From: Candidatus Poseidoniales archaeon
Lineage (GTDB): Archaea > Thermoplasmatota > Poseidoniia > Poseidoniales > Poseidoniaceae
NCBI GenBank assembly: GCA_003602575.1
Contig: QQRY01000001.1
Location: 6,856 to 70,855, forward strand
Length of the DNA: 64,000 bases
Reading direction: 5' to 3'
Shown: in pieces, positions 35,787 to 45,217 of the stretch
Layout of the letters: every line of letters starts with the position of its first letter
Position numbering within the stretch: the first letter of the stretch is position 1
Translations under genes and position numbers: made by a program
The notes under the pieces: model-generated
What the model was told of the DNA's origin: nothing
What the model saw: the letters and a program-made list of their open reading frames with translations, nothing else
The model's database searches: none

Positions 35787-38534
35787 ATGGCAATTATTGT
35801 GATAGCGGAAAAACCAAGTGTCGCAAATGATATTGCTAGTGTTCTCGGAATTAGTAAAAAAACAGATACTCACTGGGAAAGTGATGAGGTGAAAGTTACT
35901 TGGGCAGTTGGCCATTTATTACAATTAAAATATATGGATGATTATGACGCTGATTTCAAGGATTGGAGAAAAACTGTGGATAGATTGCCATATATTCCTG
36001 ATGAATTTCAGTATAAACCTATAGGTGGCAGGAATAAAAAGCAATTGCAAGCAATTGTAAAACTGATAAAAGATAAGTCAACTACCGAAGTAGTCAATGC
36101 ATGTGATGCTGCTAGAGAAGGCGAATTGATATTCAGAACAATTATGAAACACAGTAAATCAAAAAGTAAAACATCACGAATGTGGCTACAATCGATGACA
36201 AGAGATTCTATCCAAACAGCATGGGATGGTAGGCAGCCTGGTGAAAATTACTCTTCACTAATGGACGCAGCATATTCACGTTCTGAATCTGATTGGGTAA
36301 TTGGCATGAATGGTTCAAGGATTGCAAATTCCTTTCTTCCAAAGAAAAGAAATGAAAAAACAGCGATTTCTCTTGGCCGTGTTCAAACTGCAACTCTAGC
36401 AATGATTGTAGATCATGAAATAACCATACTTTCACATGTCCCAGTTCCTTATTGGCAACTAAATGCAACATTTATTTCAGGCGACTGTAAGTGGGATGCT
36501 CGATGGGAGAGGAATGGTCACAAAGATGATGATGAAAGACCGGAATATAAATCTCATCGAATAATCGAGCAAGAGGAATATAATAGACTGAATGAACTTC
36601 TAAAATCTATTAAAGATGCAAAAATTTCCCAAACTGATAGGGATTACAAGGAGAAATCACCACTTAATTATGATTTGACCAGTTTGCAAAAATCTGCAAA
36701 TAATATGTGGTCTTGGTCTGCAAAACGTACACTGAGGACTGCACAAGATTTGTATGATAAATTCAAATTAACAACATATCCGAGAACAGATTCAAAATAT
36801 TTACCTGAAAATATGGATAAGGAAATCGATAAAATTATTCGGCAAATCGGTGCACAAGATGATTATAATTCATTCAGTCAAAATTTGGTCAATAATGGCC
36901 TTGTAAATGTAAAACGAAATTACAATGATGCAAAAGTAAGTGACCACTATGCAATTATTCCTACTGGTAAAATTCCAGACATGCCAATGACTGACGACCA
37001 TAAGAAATTGTACGACTTAATCGTACGAAACTTCCTTTCCTCATGGTATCCTGAAGCAATCTGGAATGTTGCAAAGAGAGAGGCTAAAATAGAAAATGAG
37101 TCATTTTTCAAAGAGGTTCGAACGATAAAAACACCAGGTTGGAGAGAAGTTCAACCAAAGAAATCCGATGCACCTGAAGGTTGGGGTGACCTATCGAGCA
37201 ACCCTTGTGACGGAACCATGACAGAATATGAATTCAAGGAAGAAAAATCAAAACCAAAGGGGAGATTGAAAGAAGCAGGATTACTAAGGTTGATGGAACA
37301 TGCAGGTCGTAAACTTGAAAGTGATGAGATGGCTGAAGCAATGAAAGAAAAAGGCCTGGGAACACCTGCAACAAGAGCAGAGACAATTGAGAAATTAATT
37401 GATAGAGATTATATCAGACGTGCAAAAGCCGGAACAATTTCTGCAACACCACATGGGATTAGAATTATAGATATACTTCGAAGAATACCTGTCGAATGGA
37501 TTACTTCAGCAGAATTAACTGGAGAGATGGAAGCATCGCTTATCGAAGTGCAAAAGGGAAATACAACCAAAAAGGAATTCATGGATAACATAATTGAAAA
37601 AACTACTTCATTAGTTGAAAAAATACGTGACCATGATCGAACTTTATTGTATCAGGACGAATCATCTATTGGTCCATGTCCATTATGTAATGCAGATGTT
37701 AATGAGACTGTCTTGTCATATATCTGCTGTGAAAATAAAGGCCGAGATGAGGGGTGTTCATTCGTATTCTGGAAAGACACAAGCGGTAGATGGTTCGATA
37801 GAGTTACGGCATCAAGATTAATGAAAAATAAAGAAATTGATGAACTACATGGTTTCTTTGGACGAAACGGAGAGCCATATGTTAATTCGATAACCATTTC
37901 AGACGATGGAAAGGTTTCCTCCAAAAATGGAGGTGAAGCAAAATCCAGCGACAGTGATGAGGAATTATGTGCTTGTCCTGCATGTTCGCAAGGAACAATT
38001 CGAATAAATTCTACAATGTATGCTTGTGATAGCGAGGAATGTGGCTTCAGAGGACTATCGCATCAAATGTGTAAAAGAGATATTTCAAAAGAAGAAGCAA
38101 AAGAAATCTTAACTCAAGGTAGATCTAAACTCCTAGAAGATTTTACCTCCAAAAAGGGAAGACCATTCAATGCATTCCTAGTATTGGATAAGAATCGTGT
38201 CAAATTTGAATTCCCTCCACGTGAAGCTGCTGCTGATGCTAGGAAATTTGAAGTTATACCTGGTGTTGTTGCAATTTGTCCAAAAACTAAAGTTGAAATT
38301 ATTGAGACAGAATCTTTTTACCAACCTGCAACTGTTGGAACCGATTGTTCAATTCAAATATCACGAGAAATATCCAAGAGAGTAATTACTAGAGAAGAAG
38401 CGAAAATTCTTGTTGAAAAGGGAGAATTGGGACCATTTGATGACTTTGTTGCTAAAAAATCAGGCAATAATTTTGCTGCAACACTATATCTGAAGAAGAA
38501 TCAATCTGTTGGATATAGATTCGCTAAAAAATAA
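35787..38534 (+). CDS. topB: Type IA DNA topoisomerase III with C-terminal Zn ribbons and C-terminal repeats
   Basis: IAEKPSVA, CDAAREGELIF, SLGRVQT, TYPRTDS (catalytic Tyr), GLGTPATRA, F.SKKG.PF.A.L repeats. Confidence 0.9.
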   Translation: MAIIVIAEKPSVANDIASVLGISKKTDTHWESDEVKVTWAVGHLLQLKYMDDYDADFKDWRKTVDRLPYIPDEFQYKPIGGRNKKQLQAIVKLIKDKSTTEVVNACDAAREGELIFRTIMKHSKSKSKTSRMWLQSMTRDSIQTAWDGRQPGENYSSLMDAAYSRSESDWVIGMNGSRIANSFLPKKRNEKTAISLGRVQTATLAMIVDHEITILSHVPVPYWQLNATFISGDCKWDARWERNGHKDDDERPEYKSHRIIEQEEYNRLNELLKSIKDAKISQTDRDYKEKSPLNYDLTSLQKSANNMWSWSAKRTLRTAQDLYDKFKLTTYPRTDSKYLPENMDKEIDKIIRQIGAQDDYNSFSQNLVNNGLVNVKRNYNDAKVSDHYAIIPTGKIPDMPMTDDHKKLYDLIVRNFLSSWYPEAIWNVAKREAKIENESFFKEVRTIKTPGWREVQPKKSDAPEGWGDLSSNPCDGTMTEYEFKEEKSKPKGRLKEAGLLRLMEHAGRKLESDEMAEAMKEKGLGTPATRAETIEKLIDRDYIRRAKAGTISATPHGIRIIDILRRIPVEWITSAELTGEMEASLIEVQKGNTTKKEFMDNIIEKTTSLVEKIRDHDRTLLYQDESSIGPCPLCNADVNETVLSYICCENKGRDEGCSFVFWKDTSGRWFDRVTASRLMKNKEIDELHGFFGRNGEPYVNSITISDDGKVSSKNGGEAKSSDSDEELCACPACSQGTIRINSTMYACDSEECGFRGLSHQMCKRDISKEEAKEILTQGRSKLLEDFTSKKGRPFNAFLVLDKNRVKFEFPPREAAADARKFEVIPGVVAICPKTKVEIIETESFYQPATVGTDCSIQISREISKRVITREEAKILVEKGELGPFDDFVAKKSGNNFAATLYLKKNQSVGYRFAKK

Positions 38535-38562
38535 TTAACGAAAAACGATGTTTTCGTTAATT
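38533..38562. repeat. Perfect 12-bp inverted repeat at the topB stop (hairpin terminator or operator)
   Basis: AATTAACGAAAA-ACGATG-TTTTCGTTAATT. Confidence 0.7.
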
Positions 38563-38604
38563 TCTAAGGCGAAGGTTGATGTCCAAGTGTTTCGCGTTCA
38601 AACC

Positions 38605-39819
38605 ATGGGACATCGACATTGGGATGTTGTCATAATTGGCGCGGGACCTGCTGGTGGTCGCGTAGCAACTCATTTTGCTGAGCGAGGACATAGTGTTTTG
38701 ATGCTTGAAGAGCACGAAGAAATAGGGCGTCCATTCCAATGTGCAGGTTTGGTTACACCTAATGCTATGAAGGAGGTGGGGTTGTTCCATTCGGTACTTG
38801 AAGAAATTGATGGGGCATTAATTCACGGCCCTAGTGGGACATTGGTACCAGTTGGCACTGATGAAAAGGTTCGAACATATGTGGTTTGTAGGAAAATATT
38901 CGATCAAGGGGTAGTAAAGCAAGCACTAGAAGCAGGGGCAAATATTTGGCTAGATAGTCAACCAACCAATTCCGAAATCTTTGATGATAAAGTTGTTCTA
39001 GAAGTGAAGAAAGGTGATGAAATCCATAATATTAGCGCATCCTTGTTGATTGGTTGTGATGGAGCACATAGTTGGACTCGAAGACATTTCAAGATGGGCC
39101 GACCTAAGGAATTGATGATAGGTTTTCAAGCAGAGGTTGTAGGTTATGAAAATCGAGAACGATGGCTAGAAATGTTTAGTGGTTCAGAAATTGCACCTGG
39201 ATTTTTTGCATGGGTAATACCATCTGGCAATGGAACCAACAGAATTGGATTATGGTCTACTGCTGAACGGCTAAAAGGGCGTAGTATCGAACAATGCTAT
39301 GATAATTTACTTGAACATCGATTGTGGAAAGATCGATTTAGCGGAATTACTGAGACGGCAAGGTACTGTGGTCCAGTACCTAGCGGGATGGTTAAAACTC
39401 CATACAAAGATCGTGTCTTATTGATTGGAGATGCTGCCGGAATGGCTAAACCAACCACAGGAGGAGGGATCGGACCTGCATTTGAACAAATATCGGGAAT
39501 TATAGAAGAACTGTCAAAATCACTGGTAAAAAATCAACTTGACAAAAAAACTCTTCATAAAATATGCAGTAAACATTTCGCTAAAATGCGCAAAGAACAA
39601 AACCGTGCAAGAGCGTTACGTAATCTCCTTGTTAGTGATTGTACTGACAAGGAACTTGATAAGCATTTTAATTCATTCGCAAAACCCGAAATTATTGAAT
39701 TAATCAACAAGGTTGGTGACATTGAAAAACCTGTACCACTAGGTATGGCATTGTTAAAAAGAGTACCAGCATTTAGAAAGCTAGCATTGAAAGCCGGTGC
39801 TAAATTGATATTTACATAG
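38605..39819 (+). CDS. Geranylgeranyl reductase family FAD oxidoreductase
   Basis: DVVIIGAGPAG, IGRPFQCAG, GCDGAHS, APGFFAWVIP, IGDAAGMAKPTTGGGI. Confidence 0.88.
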   Translation: MGHRHWDVVIIGAGPAGGRVATHFAERGHSVLMLEEHEEIGRPFQCAGLVTPNAMKEVGLFHSVLEEIDGALIHGPSGTLVPVGTDEKVRTYVVCRKIFDQGVVKQALEAGANIWLDSQPTNSEIFDDKVVLEVKKGDEIHNISASLLIGCDGAHSWTRRHFKMGRPKELMIGFQAEVVGYENRERWLEMFSGSEIAPGFFAWVIPSGNGTNRIGLWSTAERLKGRSIEQCYDNLLEHRLWKDRFSGITETARYCGPVPSGMVKTPYKDRVLLIGDAAGMAKPTTGGGIGPAFEQISGIIEELSKSLVKNQLDKKTLHKICSKHFAKMRKEQNRARALRNLLVSDCTDKELDKHFNSFAKPEIIELINKVGDIEKPVPLGMALLKRVPAFRKLALKAGAKLIFT

Positions 39820-39827
39820 GTGATATT

Positions 39828-40982
39828 ATTCCCAAACTAGTTGTTGAAGAGAGGATAAGATATCCACCATTTGAATCATATCGATTCAAACCAAAATTAT
39901 TACCCATAGCTAGTAAGAGAAATACTCTGGAAGAAGATATCAATGAAAAAGATGTTTCAAAGTATCTAGAAAATTATAATGCTCCGTTTACTATAGGTAA
40001 TGATGAATCGTGGCTAGTCGAAAAAAGATATCTCCATGATGGTAAAGTAATTGAGTTAGATTTGAACTATAGTTCAAAAATAAAATTTCCAATTTCAGAA
40101 GACTCGGTTATAGATAAGCAAAGAACTGGTTGGTATTTGACTCCAAATCCTATGCATGCAGTAATTAGAAAGTTCTTGAACTGGGCTGTTATAATTTTAT
40201 TAGTCTCACTAACTTATCTCTTTTTCCAACCCATTCTTGACATCTGGGGACTAGGAGGCTTCGGTACTGGTAGAGTTAGATTTGGTCTGCTTGATTATCC
40301 GGTTTTGGCAGTGTTTGTTATGCCAATATTATTCGCTCCATTACTACTTAGGGTTATTGCTAATTTTTCTGACTTAATTAAACAAAGAACATTTTTACTT
40401 GACTCACCCAAACGTCCGGAAATTAAGATTGGAGTAAATCCTACAGCAAATGAAGAGATAGATGTTGAAATTAATTTTCCAAAGAAAAATAGTAAGTGGA
40501 AGGATATTGAAGTTCTATGGCGTGTTGGAGTTTTACCGCCAAGCAGAGACTCATTAATGACTGCTTTTGGAAAGAGTACAAAACAACAACCACCCCCTGG
40601 CTTAACTACTGAACTACCACACCACTGGGAAGTTAATTTGGATGATGGAACTGGCGGAGGTGAAGACTCACCAATGGAGTCAAATGATGTAAGAGGTGGA
40701 TTATTTATTCGTCCAATGAGGATTATGGAACAATCAGAGAATGTTAAGTTGGAAAATGGCAAAGTCTGTTTGAAACCTCCAAAGGGATATTGGCCAGGAA
40801 CAGTTTTCTCACCTTTAATTAGAGTACATTGGGAACTTGTAATAATGATTACAAGAGAAAGTGGAAGGTCATTAATGTGGGTTGAACCACTAAATGTACT
40901 GCATCAAAAGAAAAAGAGTTTAGTTGAGGCATCGGTAAATTCGGGGAGGACTGAAACAAACCATCCATCAACAATACATTGA
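39828..40982 (+). CDS. Hypothetical 2-TM membrane protein (probable ATT start)
   Basis: Frame open from 39804; AGGTGA SD at 39818 with ATT at the same spacing as the archease ATG; first TTG only at 40062. Confidence 0.65.
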   Translation: MPKLVVEERIRYPPFESYRFKPKLLPIASKRNTLEEDINEKDVSKYLENYNAPFTIGNDESWLVEKRYLHDGKVIELDLNYSSKIKFPISEDSVIDKQRTGWYLTPNPMHAVIRKFLNWAVIILLVSLTYLFFQPILDIWGLGGFGTGRVRFGLLDYPVLAVFVMPILFAPLLLRVIANFSDLIKQRTFLLDSPKRPEIKIGVNPTANEEIDVEINFPKKNSKWKDIEVLWRVGVLPPSRDSLMTAFGKSTKQQPPPGLTTELPHHWEVNLDDGTGGGEDSPMESNDVRGGLFIRPMRIMEQSENVKLENGKVCLKPPKGYWPGTVFSPLIRVHWELVIMITRESGRSLMWVEPLNVLHQKKKSLVEASVNSGRTETNHPSTIH

Positions 40983-41007
40983 TTTGATTCAAAATATTGC
41001 ACATACC

Positions 41008-44000
41008 ATGGACATGACAAAGCCGACTGCGATATTGCTAATCTTGTTGATGACATTATCGGGATGTACTAATCCAGATTCTAGTAATTCCAAAGAAGAA
41101 ACTGAAGATCAAACTGTGTTGATAATTAGTGCAAATTGGGCTGAATATCATGACTCTTCTAATGTCGATGAAGTGATTGATTTCTCAATTAATGTTAACT
41201 CAAGTATTCCTGATTCATGGATAGGTGTCGCTACAGTCATCGACCCCAATGGAAATCAAATCAGTGATTTATCATGGTCTCGAGGATATGATTCGGGAAG
41301 CCTGTATTTTACACCAACAATAATTGGAAATTATACCATAAATGTAGATTTACAAGCTGGAGATTCTAGTCAAAAGTATGTAGTGGAAGGCGGCAACTTA
41401 TCTCATATTGTTGAAATTATACCGCCAGAAGAATTTCCTCCAATAATTATAATTCCAACAGCGATGATTGTAGAAAATCCCGAAATGATATTATTACAGG
41501 GTAATATTCAACATTCATCATTAGAATCATGCTCCATGTTTTTCAATTTTGACGCATATCAAGAATTTCCTATCTCTTTGCAAATCAATGGACAGTGGAG
41601 TACAATAATTGATGCATCAAATTCACAAAATAATTTGATTGAAGTAGTAGCAACATGTGGAGTATGGTCCCAGTTAACTAGTTATCAGAACATATCATTG
41701 ATCTATGTTGTTTCAATTAGTGACTCTGATGAAGATGGAATAAGCGATGATCTAGATTTGTGTAATGATGGAGTCGAAAATTCTTGGAACTCCAATCAAA
41801 ACACAGATTATGATTCTGATGGATGTAGAGATATCACAGAAGATATCGATGATGATAATGATGGAATAAGTGATTATGATGATGGATGCTTTTCAGTAAT
41901 TGGTTGGATTAGTGAACCAGTTTCAGATTTCGACTCTGATGGATGTCATGATTTAGATGAAGATGATGATGATGATGGAGATAGAGTAGACGATGTAATA
42001 GATTCATGTCCAAAAGGCCACCTTGGTTGGGTTTCTACGCCTAACAATGATTGGGATGGAGACGGATGTCATGATTTTATTGAAGATTTAAATGATGACC
42101 AAGATGACTATGAAGATACTTTTGATTCATGTCCTTTGGGTGAGATTTTTTGGATTGCTGACACAAACACCGATTTCGACCAAGATGGATGTCATGATTT
42201 ATTTGAAGATGATGATGATGATAATGATGGAATTAATGATTATAACTCGACTGGAGATACATTAGATCTATGTCCAAGAACTCCACTTGGTTCACTCGAT
42301 ATTGATGAATCTGGTTGTGCGGCTTTGCAAAGAGATTCCGATGAAGATGGAATTAATGATTTACTTGACCAATGTGAAGGTACACCACAGGGTCTAGTTG
42401 TCAACGATTTAGGCTGTGCAGATTTAGACTCCGATGGAGTATTTGCGAATGTTGATCAGTGTCCATCAACATCAGGAAAGTGGACTGTCGATAGTTTAGG
42501 ATGTACCGTAGTACAATTACCCGTGCCTTGGACCGTTTCGAATAGTCTTAGCGGACCGATGCAAATAGTTCCAGATTTCACTGTTCCAACACTTGGAGCG
42601 ACTTTTTACTTTGACGAAGTATGGACTGGAAAAGATGTTTATTTATTCATGTTCAAATACACCAGTTCTAGTGGGACATCAAATTCTAACATTTGGGCAC
42701 AAAATCCAGGGACCTTAATTAGAAGTCTACCAGATAACACTCATCTATTCTACGGGTCTTTTGATACAAGTTATCACAATGATGTAATGGACCGAAGAAC
42801 TGCAGTTGAAAATTCACTCAATCCAGCTGAAGAATTAAAGTGGAATGAAAGAATTCACTATATTGATCAACGTGCTAACAGTATTACTGGTGGACTTGGA
42901 GATATGATTAGTTCTATCAATAATCCACTATACATGGGTATTGATAGATTCCAAATGGCAAGAGAATCCGGTTCTCTAGTTTCATATCCGTCTGGCTCGA
43001 CGGATCCATTGCATTTAGTATTTGAACCAGAGCAATGGAATGCTGAATTTCCTGTTGAAATTAGATTACAAGACCCGGGAATTGAAATAATAACTATGAT
43101 GGATTTTGAATATCATTCTGGTGGCTGGGGTGGAGGATACTCATCAAAAAGAAATGTTACTTTCCCAGCAAATTTATCATCTTATGATACCTTAGAAATT
43201 TACCATGAACATGCTTGTGATGAAAGAAGTAACCGATATGGTAAATCTGATGGAAGTGAAGGCGGATGTCATGAATGGGATTATGAGGCTAATTTGTATA
43301 TTTGTGATCCAGTAGATGTAAACAGTTGCGGGACTGAATTTGTCAGATGGATTACTACGTATGGTAGAGAGGGTCGTTGGTTAACTGACTTGACTCCATA
43401 TCTATTCATGTTAGATGATAATGATTTCAGACAATTTCGCTATGGTGGAGCTAATAGAGGTAGTTTAACAATTTCATTCTTACTAAGTAATTGGGGAGAA
43501 GATGATATTGCGCACAGTGGAGAATTCGCTTTTTCTGGCGGCCAGTTTGATGGAACTTACAATGATGAATCAAAATATTCTAGACAGTTTAATTTCACTG
43601 TTCCAACCGGCACTACCCGTGTTGAAATTGTGTCGACTATAACCGGGCATGGTTTTGGTCAAGATAATCAAAATTGTGCTGAGTTTTGTAACCACGAACA
43701 TCACTATTCAATGAATGGCTATTCGACGGCTGAATTACATCCAATTGCAAATACTAACGATGGGTGTAAGCAACTAGTTGGAGAAGGCGTTGTTGCTAAT
43801 CAGTACGGCACATGGCCTTATGGACGGGCAGGATGGTGTCCTGGGCAAGATGTTAAACAATGGCGTTATGATATATCTTCATGGTCAGATATGACTGGTT
43901 CAAGTATCAATAATTTACACTATGAAGGACTTTTCAATGGCCAAGAATACACTCCTTCGGATGGAGTTGGAAACGGTAATAGAAACATCCATGCAGAAAT

Positions 44001-44022
44001 TTGGATTGTTTATTATCAGTAA
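41008..44022 (+). CDS. Lipoprotein with thrombospondin type-3-like Ca-binding repeats and C-terminal peptide-N-glycosidase F-like domains
   Basis: LSGC lipobox; D.D.DGC.D..ED.DDD.DG repeats; EWDY, RWITTYG, WLTDLTP, TGHG, CAEFC, GTW..GRAGWCPG. Confidence 0.8.
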   Translation: MDMTKPTAILLILLMTLSGCTNPDSSNSKEETEDQTVLIISANWAEYHDSSNVDEVIDFSINVNSSIPDSWIGVATVIDPNGNQISDLSWSRGYDSGSLYFTPTIIGNYTINVDLQAGDSSQKYVVEGGNLSHIVEIIPPEEFPPIIIIPTAMIVENPEMILLQGNIQHSSLESCSMFFNFDAYQEFPISLQINGQWSTIIDASNSQNNLIEVVATCGVWSQLTSYQNISLIYVVSISDSDEDGISDDLDLCNDGVENSWNSNQNTDYDSDGCRDITEDIDDDNDGISDYDDGCFSVIGWISEPVSDFDSDGCHDLDEDDDDDGDRVDDVIDSCPKGHLGWVSTPNNDWDGDGCHDFIEDLNDDQDDYEDTFDSCPLGEIFWIADTNTDFDQDGCHDLFEDDDDDNDGINDYNSTGDTLDLCPRTPLGSLDIDESGCAALQRDSDEDGINDLLDQCEGTPQGLVVNDLGCADLDSDGVFANVDQCPSTSGKWTVDSLGCTVVQLPVPWTVSNSLSGPMQIVPDFTVPTLGATFYFDEVWTGKDVYLFMFKYTSSSGTSNSNIWAQNPGTLIRSLPDNTHLFYGSFDTSYHNDVMDRRTAVENSLNPAEELKWNERIHYIDQRANSITGGLGDMISSINNPLYMGIDRFQMARESGSLVSYPSGSTDPLHLVFEPEQWNAEFPVEIRLQDPGIEIITMMDFEYHSGGWGGGYSSKRNVTFPANLSSYDTLEIYHEHACDERSNRYGKSDGSEGGCHEWDYEANLYICDPVDVNSCGTEFVRWITTYGREGRWLTDLTPYLFMLDDNDFRQFRYGGANRGSLTISFLLSNWGEDDIAHSGEFAFSGGQFDGTYNDESKYSRQFNFTVPTGTTRVEIVSTITGHGFGQDNQNCAEFCNHEHHYSMNGYSTAELHPIANTNDGCKQLVGEGVVANQYGTWPYGRAGWCPGQDVKQWRYDISSWSDMTGSSINNLHYEGLFNGQEYTPSDGVGNGNRNIHAEIWIVYYQ

Positions 44023-44025
44023 TTA

Positions 44026-45207
44026 TCACTGTAGAGGTATTGGGGCGGGTAACTTTCTTTGAATCTGTTCATTGATTTCGGTATCTAGGTGGATGTAATC
44101 ACTATCTCTACGCTGAGGGGTGAAACCTGCGCGTATGATGGTATTTTGCAACTCCCATTCACTGGCACTAATCTTTGAAGTACCAGATGCAGAAACTACA
44201 TTTTCTTCCATCATAGTTGAACCTGCATCGTCCGCACCACAAAGTAATGCCATTTGAGCAATCTCTACTCCCATGGTTGGCCAAGATGCTTGAATATGTT
44301 CAATTGAATCTAGAAATAGCCTAGATATCGCTACATGTCGTAAATATTCTGTAGGTCCAGCACCTAGAGTAAATTTATTTGAACCACGATTTCTCTTACC
44401 AAAGGTGTTAGATTCCAATTGAACTGGCCATGCAATGAACGAAGTAAAGCCTATATCATATTGAGAAAGTGAACTATCCTGCAAATCTCTAATTCGACTC
44501 AGATGTTCTACACGATCACGGATTGATTCACCAAATCCAATAACATTGGTTGCACTAGTTGTTAGACCCAATGATTGTGCTTCCTCCATTATCTTCAACC
44601 AATTTTTCGGATCGCCTTTCTTGGGGGAAATATCGCTACGAACGCTGTCAACAAGCATTTCTGCACCGCCACCTGGCAAACCATGCATACCACAATTTTT
44701 TAGACGTGTTAAAACTTCTAATGTCGATAAACCACTAACTTCAGAGATACCTTCAATTTCTATCGGACTAAAACAATCTAAATCAATAGTAGGGTGGTTC
44801 TTTCTCAAAAATCGAATCAAATCTTCATACCATTCAAATTCAATATCAGGATTAACCCCCCCTTGCATAAGGATTCTTGACCCGCCTATAGATTCGAGTT
44901 CAACGATTCGTGCGGAAATTTGTTCAAAGGTTTGAGTATAGTTTTCTTCATGCCCTGGAGGCCTATAAAATGAACAAAATTGACAATTTATAGTGCACAC
45001 ATTAGTGTAATTTATGTTCCTATCAACCAAAAATGTCACCTTGTTTGAATCATTCATCGACATTCTTCGTTGATGTGCTGCTTGCATTAAATCATGTAAT
45101 GGGGCATTTTGATACAATTCAACGGCATCATCAAAAGTCAGCCTATACGATAAGGAATCTTCCTTGGTCCAAGACCTTTGTACTTCGAGAATGTCCTGCC
45201 ACGCCAT
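44026..45207 (-). CDS. mqnC: Radical SAM CofH/MqnC family, probable dehypoxanthine futalosine cyclase
   Basis: DRNINYTNVCTINCQFCSFYR, QGGVNP, PGGGAEML, HIQASW, GSTMMEENVVSA. Confidence 0.8.
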   Translation of the reverse strand: MAWQDILEVQRSWTKEDSLSYRLTFDDAVELYQNAPLHDLMQAAHQRRMSMNDSNKVTFLVDRNINYTNVCTINCQFCSFYRPPGHEENYTQTFEQISARIVELESIGGSRILMQGGVNPDIEFEWYEDLIRFLRKNHPTIDLDCFSPIEIEGISEVSGLSTLEVLTRLKNCGMHGLPGGGAEMLVDSVRSDISPKKGDPKNWLKIMEEAQSLGLTTSATNVIGFGESIRDRVEHLSRIRDLQDSSLSQYDIGFTSFIAWPVQLESNTFGKRNRGSNKFTLGAGPTEYLRHVAISRLFLDSIEHIQASWPTMGVEIAQMALLCGADDAGSTMMEENVVSASGTSKISASEWELQNTIIRAGFTPQRRDSDYIHLDTEINEQIQRKLPAPIPLQ

Positions 45208-45217
45208 AGTAAACCCT

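Noticed and set aside
35715-38562. Mobile element carrying topB
   Set aside because: The flanking palindromes are unrelated to each other; no transposase or target-site duplication
41720-42500. GATGATGAT / GATGGATGTCATGAT repeats resembling an array
   Set aside because: They encode Asp-rich TSP3-like protein repeats; no constant repeat with unique spacers, so not CRISPR
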